Assembly (NCBI RefSeq): GCF_902713755.1
Contig: NZ_LR744089.1
Source of the DNA: Candidatus Saccharimonadota bacterium
GTDB lineage: Bacteria > Pseudomonadota > Gammaproteobacteria > Johnevansiales > Johnevansiaceae
DNA length: 32,000 bases
Strand: one strand, 5' to 3'
Position 1 is the stretch's first letter, and each line of letters starts with the position of its first letter. The position numbers and the translations under genes are program-made. Shown piece by piece: positions 26,402-32,000 of the stretch. Below the pieces are notes generated by a model. The model was not told the origin of the DNA, did no database searches, and saw nothing but the letters and a program-made list of their open reading frames with translations.

Positions 26402-27858
26402 AAAATATAATAGTAATTATTGGATCTGGTTTTGGTGGTATAGCAGCTGCTTTAAGAGCTAAAAAAAAAGGATTTGATGTCATAATAATAGAACGTAATA
26501 AAAATATTGGTGGAAAAGCGCAAATCTATAAAGATAATAATTTATTATTTGATACTGGTCCTACAATTATTACAGCACCTTATTTATTTGAAGAATTGTT
26601 TAATATTTTTGGTAAAAAAATTAATAATTATATAAATTTTATAGAATTAAAAAATTGGTATAAGTTTTATTTTTTTGATAAAACTACATTTAATTATTGT
26701 AACAATTTAACAAAAACTAAAAATAATATAAAAAATTTTTCACAAAAAGATCTCGAAAGTTATAATAAATTATTATTAATTACAAAAACATTTTTTGAAG
26801 TTTGTTTTAAAAGGTTTTCAAACAAACCAAATAATAATATTTATCAAATGATAAAATGTATACCTAATTTTATTAAATTAAAATGTTATAATTCATATTT
26901 TTATTTAATTAATCATTTTATAAAAAATAATAAATTAAAACAAATTTTTTCTATTTATCCTTTATTAATAGGAGGCAATCCTTATAAAGTTTCTTGTTTA
27001 TATTCATTAATATTATATTTAGAACGTAAATGGGGTATACATTTTCCTAAAGGAGGTATAGGATATTTAATACAAAAATTAGAAATTTTAATGCGCGAAG
27101 AAGGTATTAAAATATACACAGGTGTAAGTGTTAAAAAAATTATTACACATAAAAAAAAAGCAATATCAATTATATTAAATAATAATCATTATATTAATAC
27201 TAATTATATTATATCAAATATTGAACCTAGATATTTATATAAAAATATTATTAATATTCAAAATAATTTATTTATAAAAAAAAAATTATCCAACTTAGAA
27301 TATTCTATTGGATTATTTATATTATATTTTGGTACTAATTGTTTTTATTCAAATATTTCTCATCATACCATATTTTTTAATAATCATTATAATAAATCAA
27401 TCAAAAATATTTTTTATAAAAATTGTTTTAATAAAAAAAATATTTGTATTTATTTACATCACCCAACTAAAACTGATCATTCTAGTACTCATTCTATTTT
27501 TTATGCATTAATCCCAGTACCTAATTTAAAACTTTATAACAATTGGTCAATGTATGAAAGTGAAAAATTTGTTCAATCTATAATAGCAATATTAGATTCA
27601 AACTTATTACCCAAATTAAAAAAAAATATAATAACATGTTTTTATATTACACCAACTTTTTTTAAAGAAAGATATTTTAGTACATATGGTAGTGGTTTTT
27701 CCATTTCTCCTAATTTTAATCAAATATCATGGTTTAGATTTCATAATAAATCCGAAAACATAAAAAATCTTTATTTAGTAGGAGCTGGTACACATCCTGG
27801 TGCTGGAATACCAGGGGTTTTATTAAGTGCTAAAATAATAGATAAATTAATTATATGA
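26398..27858 (+). CDS. crtI: Phytoene desaturase (CrtI type, FAD-dependent)
   Basis: 486 aa. N-terminal dinucleotide fold IVIIGSGFGGIAAALRAKKKGFDVIIIERNKNIGGKA. C-terminal CrtI signature NLYLVGAGTHPGAGIPGVLLSAK. It sits next to crtB and crtY. Confidence 0.9.
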   Translation: MKNIIVIIGSGFGGIAAALRAKKKGFDVIIIERNKNIGGKAQIYKDNNLLFDTGPTIITAPYLFEELFNIFGKKINNYINFIELKNWYKFYFFDKTTFNYCNNLTKTKNNIKNFSQKDLESYNKLLLITKTFFEVCFKRFSNKPNNNIYQMIKCIPNFIKLKCYNSYFYLINHFIKNNKLKQIFSIYPLLIGGNPYKVSCLYSLILYLERKWGIHFPKGGIGYLIQKLEILMREEGIKIYTGVSVKKIITHKKKAISIILNNNHYINTNYIISNIEPRYLYKNIINIQNNLFIKKKLSNLEYSIGLFILYFGTNCFYSNISHHTIFFNNHYNKSIKNIFYKNCFNKKNICIYLHHPTKTDHSSTHSIFYALIPVPNLKLYNNWSMYESEKFVQSIIAILDSNLLPKLKKNIITCFYITPTFFKERYFSTYGSGFSISPNFNQISWFRFHNKSENIKNLYLVGAGTHPGAGIPGVLLSAKIIDKLII

Positions 27859-28709
27859 ATAAAAACTTTTTTAAAAAATCAACTAAAATAGTAAAAGTTT
27901 ATAGTAAAAATTTTTACTTTACAAGTTTATTTATCAAAAAACAATATTCTACATATATAAAAATAATGTATTTAATTTGTAGAACTCTTGATGAAATTGC
28001 TGATAACAATTATTTAGCTTCTAAAAAAAAATCATTAAAAAGATTAAATTTAATTTTAAAACAACTAAAAAATAAGTATAACAAAAAATTAGATAAACTT
28101 TCGTTTTTAATAAAATTTTTAAAAAAAAATACATCAATAAATATAAAGTTTTTTATTGATTTAATTCAAGTTTTAATAAAAGATATAAAATATCCAGCTA
28201 ATATAAAAAATGAAAAAGAATTAATATATTATTGTTATGGAGTTGCTGGAACTATAGGAATCTTGATTTTACCGATTATAAAATGTTCTATAAATAATAC
28301 TCTTAATGCAATACATTTAGGCATTTTTATGCAACTAATTAATATTGCTAGAGATGTATTAGAAGACGCTTTTAAAGGTAGACGTTATTTACCTGCATCC
28401 TGGCTTAATAATATAAGTGCAAAAGAAATTATTTATTTATCTAATATCCCTATAAATAAAAAACATAAATTAATTAATCATGCTATTATTAAAATACTTA
28501 ATTTATCTCATTATTTTTATAATAAAGGTATAAATAATATTTATAAATTAAACTATACAAATCGTCTTTTTATAAAAATAATTAGTTCAATATATTATAA
28601 AATCAATATAAATATACGTAATTCAACCAACAATTGGATATATAAACGTATATATATATCTTTATATTATAAAATATTTATAACACTAAAAAATATTTTA
28701 ATATGTTAA
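27855..28709 (+). CDS. crtB: Phytoene synthase (squalene/phytoene synthase family)
   Basis: 284 aa. Both Asp-rich motifs are present (YLICRTLDEIAD and NIARDVLEDAFKGRRYLP), plus YCYGVAGTIG. It has an ATGA overlap with crtI. Confidence 0.88.
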   Translation: MNKNFFKKSTKIVKVYSKNFYFTSLFIKKQYSTYIKIMYLICRTLDEIADNNYLASKKKSLKRLNLILKQLKNKYNKKLDKLSFLIKFLKKNTSINIKFFIDLIQVLIKDIKYPANIKNEKELIYYCYGVAGTIGILILPIIKCSINNTLNAIHLGIFMQLINIARDVLEDAFKGRRYLPASWLNNISAKEIIYLSNIPINKKHKLINHAIIKILNLSHYFYNKGINNIYKLNYTNRLFIKIISSIYYKININIRNSTNNWIYKRIYISLYYKIFITLKNILIC

Positions 28710-29836
28710 AAACTGACATAGATATATTAATTTTAGGAGGGGGATGTACTGGTTTATCTTTAGCATATTATTTAAGTTTTTTACCAAATAACTTTAACAT
28801 TTTAATTATTGAACATAAAACATTATATAATAATGATAAAACATGGTGTGGTTGGAGAACAAAAAACCATGCATTTATAAAATGTTGCAAAACCTTTTGG
28901 TATTCTTTTTATATAAAAAAAGCAAACCCATATTATTCAATAATAAATTCTTCTATTCCATATGAATATATTAGATCAATAATTTTTTATAAAACAATTC
29001 TTAATCGAATACAAAATATTTATAATATACAATATTATAATAATAAAATTATAAATATAACAGAATATAAAAATTATATATCAATAAAATTAAATAATGG
29101 AAAATATAAAAATGCGCGGTGGGTAATAGATACTATACCTAAACAAATAAAAATTTATTCACCTTGGAAATGGCAAACTTTTTTTGGTATAGAATTATAT
29201 TCTAATAATATTTTTAATTTTTTTTCAAAACCATATTTAATGAATTTTTATATAAACAAATATTTAAAATATAACAACTTTAATTTTATTTATATACTAC
29301 CAATAAAAAAAAATAAATTTTTATTTGAATGGACTATTTTTTCTAATAAAGATATTTTTATTATAAATAATTTATTAATATTTTATATCAATCTTAAAAT
29401 AGGAATATATAATTATCAAATTTTAAGAAAAGAAACAGGACATATACCAATGGCAAATATAAAAAATAAAACAAAAATCAATAATTTAGCTAAATTATAT
29501 GGCTGTTATATACGTACATCAAATGGTTTTTCATTTCATGAAATTCAAAACTGGGCTATAAAATGTGCTTATAATATTTCAATTAATAAAAAAATTATCC
29601 TACCAAATATTCCTTATTTTTTTATATTTTTAGATTATATTTTTATGAAAACCATTGAAATATATCCTACTATATCTTTAGTATTATATACTAATATATT
29701 TTATAAAATAAATTCTAATTCTTTAATTTATTTTTTTACAAATACTTCTAAAATATTAGATATATTAAATATTTTATTTTTTATAAAACCTAAATTGTTT
29801 TTATTATATACAATATTTATGAACTTATTTAAATAA
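28703..29836 (+). CDS. crtY: Lycopene beta-cyclase (CrtY type)
   Basis: 377 aa. N-terminal [18 protein letters not shown] dinucleotide motif. Length and position after crtI-crtB fit CrtY. It overlaps crtB by 7 nt. The sequence is very divergent and AT-driven, so the assignment rests partly on context. Confidence 0.78.
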   Translation: MLKTDIDILILGGGCTGLSLAYYLSFLPNNFNILIIEHKTLYNNDKTWCGWRTKNHAFIKCCKTFWYSFYIKKANPYYSIINSSIPYEYIRSIIFYKTILNRIQNIYNIQYYNNKIINITEYKNYISIKLNNGKYKNARWVIDTIPKQIKIYSPWKWQTFFGIELYSNNIFNFFSKPYLMNFYINKYLKYNNFNFIYILPIKKNKFLFEWTIFSNKDIFIINNLLIFYINLKIGIYNYQILRKETGHIPMANIKNKTKINNLAKLYGCYIRTSNGFSFHEIQNWAIKCAYNISINKKIILPNIPYFFIFLDYIFMKTIEIYPTISLVLYTNIFYKINSNSLIYFFTNTSKILDILNILFFIKPKLFLLYTIFMNLFK

Positions 29837-30926
29837 TATCCATTAATTGTTCTGATTTAAATTCATTAATTAATGAATTTATTATTTCATCTAAATTACC
29901 AGAAATAATATTGTTTAAATCATAAAGTGTTAAATTTATTCTATGATCTGTTACACGTCCTTGTGAATAATTATAAGTACGAATCCTTTCTGATCTATCT
30001 CCTGAACCAATCAATGATTTTCTTATTTTTGTTTGTTTTTTTTGAAATTCATCTTTATATTTTTGTTTTAATTTTGCTTTTAATAATAAAATAGCTTTAG
30101 ATTTATTTTTATGTTGAGATCTTTCTGTTTGACATTCAACAACTATATTTGTAGGTATATGAGTAATTCTAACAGCAGAATCAGTAGTATTTACATGTTG
30201 TCCACCTGCTCCACTAGATCTATAAGTATCTATTCTTAAATCAACTGAATTAATTTTTATATTTAAATCTTTTTTTATTTCAGCCATAACAACTACAGTA
30301 CAAGCAGAAGTATGTATTCTACCTATAGATTCTGTATCAGGTATTCTTTGTACTCTATGAGTACCAGATTCAAATTTTAATTTACCATATATACCATATC
30401 CTTTAATTCTTAAAATAATTTCTTTAAACCCCCCATATTCTCCTGAATTAAAACTAATTACTTCAATTTGCCATTTATTTTTTTCAGCATATTTATAATA
30501 CATTCTAAATAAATCACCAGCAAAAAGCGCAGCTTCTACCCCTCCTGTACCAGCACGTATTTCTAAAAAAACACCATTTTTATCTTCTTTTTCTTTATTA
30601 TAATTTTTTATATAGTTAATAACATCTTTAATATTTAATTTTAAATTAAATAATTTACTTGTTATATTTTTTATTTCTTCATTTATTAAGTTACGTAAAT
30701 CTAAATCATTTTCATTATATATTTTTTTATTATAAATAAGTTCTACTTCTAAAGTTTTATATGTTTTCCATAAATGTACTAATTTTTCTAAGTTTGAATA
30801 CTCACGTGAATATTTTATATATTTATCTTTTTTATAAATAATTTCAATTTTAGAAAGTAAAATAGATAAATTATAAAATTTTTTTTCAAGTTTATTTAAA
30901 TAATAACGTACGTTATTTTTTATCAA
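29829..30926 (-). CDS. prfA: Peptide chain release factor 1
   Basis: 365 aa. GGQ motif ([20 protein letters not shown]). The RF1-type P-x-T decoding tripeptide sits in [18 protein letters not shown], with no SPF motif. It overlaps crtY by 8 nt (convergent). Confidence 0.94.
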   Translation of the reverse strand: MIKNNVRYYLNKLEKKFYNLSILLSKIEIIYKKDKYIKYSREYSNLEKLVHLWKTYKTLEVELIYNKKIYNENDLDLRNLINEEIKNITSKLFNLKLNIKDVINYIKNYNKEKEDKNGVFLEIRAGTGGVEAALFAGDLFRMYYKYAEKNKWQIEVISFNSGEYGGFKEIILRIKGYGIYGKLKFESGTHRVQRIPDTESIGRIHTSACTVVVMAEIKKDLNIKINSVDLRIDTYRSSGAGGQHVNTTDSAVRITHIPTNIVVECQTERSQHKNKSKAILLLKAKLKQKYKDEFQKKQTKIRKSLIGSGDRSERIRTYNYSQGRVTDHRINLTLYDLNNIISGNLDEIINSLINEFKSEQLMDII

Positions 30927-30944
30927 ATTATATTACCTACAAAT

Positions 30945-30989
30945 ATTATTTTATTTAATATAAATATATTAATTATTTTATTTAATATA
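30945..30989. repeat. Two perfect copies of the 18-mer ATTATTTTATTTAATATA with 27-bp spacing
   Basis: 30945-30962 is identical to 30972-30989. Both lie in the 112-bp divergent prfA/prs intergenic region. Confidence 0.9.
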
Positions 30990-31038
30990 TATAATAATAT
31001 TAATAAATATAATAAATTATTTATAGGTAAGTGTAAAT

Positions 31039-31986
31039 ATGATTTTTTCTAAATTAATGTTATTTACTGGTAATTCTAATATTGAACTAGCAAAAAAAAT
31101 TGCTAGTTGTTTAAAAACTAAGTTAGGTAATTCTACAGTTAATAAATTTAGTGATGGTGAAATTTCTGTTGAAATTAAAGAAAATGTAAGAGGTAAAGAT
31201 ATTTTTATATTACAATCAACTTGTGTACCTACTAATAATAATTTAATAGAATTAATTTTAATTATAGATGCTTTGCGTAGAGCTTCGGCTACAAGAATTA
31301 CAGCTGTAATACCTTATTTGGGGTATTCTAGACAAGATCGTAGAATAAGATCTACACGAGTTCCTATTTCGGCCAAAGTTATAGCGGATATGATTGTTAA
31401 AGCAGGTGTAAATCGCGTTATGACTATGGATTTACATGCTGATCAAATCCAAGGTTTTTTTGACGTTCCTGTAGATAATATCTATGGATCTCCTGTATTA
31501 ATAAAAGATATAGAAAATCAAAAATACAATAATATTGTAATAGTATCACCTGATATAGGTGGAGTTGTACGCGCACGAGCAATAGCTAAAGAATTAAATG
31601 TAGATTTATCCATTATAGATAAACGTCGTCCTAAAAAAAATAAAACACAAGTCTTGCATATTATTGGAGATATTAAAGAAAGGACATGTATATTAATTGA
31701 TGATATTGCAGATACTGCTAGTACTTTATGTAAAGCGGCTGAATCATTAAAAAAAAAAGGAGCTAAATATGTAGTTGCATATATTACTCATGCTATATTA
31801 TCAGGTAATGCTATAGATATTATAAACAAATCATTATTAGATAAATTAATAATTACAGATACTATTCCTTTATCTAAAAAAGCTATTATTAGTAAAAAAA
31901 TTAGACAATTATCTGTTGCTAGTATAATAGCAGAAGCTATTCGTAGAGTGAATAATGAAGAATCAATAAGTGCAATGTTTAATTAA
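31039..31986 (+). CDS. prs: Ribose-phosphate pyrophosphokinase (PRPP synthetase)
   Basis: 315 aa. Motifs [20 protein letters not shown], and the PRPP-binding loop [12 protein letters not shown]. Confidence 0.96.
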   Translation: MIFSKLMLFTGNSNIELAKKIASCLKTKLGNSTVNKFSDGEISVEIKENVRGKDIFILQSTCVPTNNNLIELILIIDALRRASATRITAVIPYLGYSRQDRRIRSTRVPISAKVIADMIVKAGVNRVMTMDLHADQIQGFFDVPVDNIYGSPVLIKDIENQKYNNIVIVSPDIGGVVRARAIAKELNVDLSIIDKRRPKKNKTQVLHIIGDIKERTCILIDDIADTASTLCKAAESLKKKGAKYVVAYITHAILSGNAIDIINKSLLDKLIITDTIPLSKKAIISKKIRQLSVASIIAEAIRRVNNEESISAMFN

Positions 31987-32000
31987 TATTTGGAATTTTC

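Noticed and set aside
437-27511. Fourteen ORFs in the supplied track lie inside or antisense to the genes called above: 437-796(-), 3562-3816(+), 7497-7916(-), 8479-8706(+), 8597-8797(+), 10294-10497(+), 12820-13008(+), 16051-16290(+), 16353-16775(-), 18852-19109(-), 19173-19382(-), 19734-20006(-), 23868-24053(-), 27308-27511(+).
   Set aside because: Each is fully contained in a longer ORF with clear family motifs, or, for 3562-3816, overlaps two tRNA genes. Their translations are low-complexity F/L/I-rich or G/P/A-rich mirror images of the real frame. The longest ones sit opposite the GC-richer membrane-domain segments of mgtE, galP and gltP, where stop codons are rare by composition alone. 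None shows a recognisable motif.
30340-30390. RF1 has an unusual decoding tripeptide, P-D-T instead of P-A/V-T, and ESIGR instead of ESQGR.
   Set aside because: The middle residue of PxT is variable among RF1s. The residues I recall as contacting the third stop-codon base (the Gln in RVQR-P and the Thr in HTS) are both conserved here. The Q-to-I change is at a different Gln. Both TAA and TAG stops are in use. I see no basis for claiming altered specificity.
1-32000. Possible UGA-to-Trp recoding, as in some tiny AT-rich symbiont genomes.
   Set aside because: All conserved proteins translate at full length with the standard code and Trp is encoded by TGG. TGA terminates ruvC, gatB and crtI exactly where homologues end, each in an ATGA overlap. 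TAG terminates mgtE and aroQ. RF1 is present; RF2 would be needed elsewhere.
1-32000. A search for mobile elements, integrases, toxin-antitoxin pairs, restriction-modification or other defence systems, and horizontally acquired islands.
   Set aside because: Every ORF above about 80 aa is accounted for by a housekeeping, biosynthetic or transport family. There are no inverted terminal repeats, no transposase or integrase motifs, and no compositionally deviant block other than the RNA genes. The crt genes share the local composition and codon bias, so there is no sign of recent acquisition.

Overview
This window is extremely A+T-rich and almost gap-free. It looks like a highly reduced gammaproteobacterial obligate endosymbiont genome. 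It uses the standard genetic code: TGA serves as a stop in three ATGA overlaps, and Trp is TGG. I can support 28 apparently intact protein genes: mutS, lipA, a degenerate Pal/OmpA-like gene, ruvC, aspS, mgtE, cls, cysS, glnS, aroE, def, glk, zwf, a GalP-like sugar porter, metF, gltP, aroQ, rpsI, rplM, hisG, gatCAB, crtI-crtB-crtY, prfA and prs. There is also one frameshifted gene (rsmH), five tRNAs (Ser-CGA, Ser-UGA, His, Arg-UCU, Pro-UGG) and an RNase P RNA (rnpB) that the ORF track cannot show. I found no mobile elements, CRISPR arrays, prophage genes or defence genes. The main feature is a phytoene desaturase / phytoene synthase / lycopene cyclase cluster, translationally coupled to the end of gatCAB. 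From memory, a carotenoid cluster in a genome this reduced has been described only for the whitefly symbiont Candidatus Portiera aleyrodidarum. The window is therefore more likely from that lineage or a relative than a new system, but I cannot verify this without a search. Secondary observations are listed here. (1) rsmH is broken by a 1-nt deficit in an A9T6 homopolymer that transcriptional slippage could rescue. (2) A 33-bp exact in-frame direct repeat sits in gatC and gatB and brackets gatA. (3) An 8-bp microsatellite occupies the only possible promoter/5'UTR region of cls. (4) aspS-ruvC-pal looks like a collapsed remnant of a larger ancestral array. (5) rnpB is wedged into an rpsI-rsmH transcription unit. 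(6) No tRNA encodes CCA. (7) Every convergent gene junction abuts or overlaps, leaving no room for terminators.
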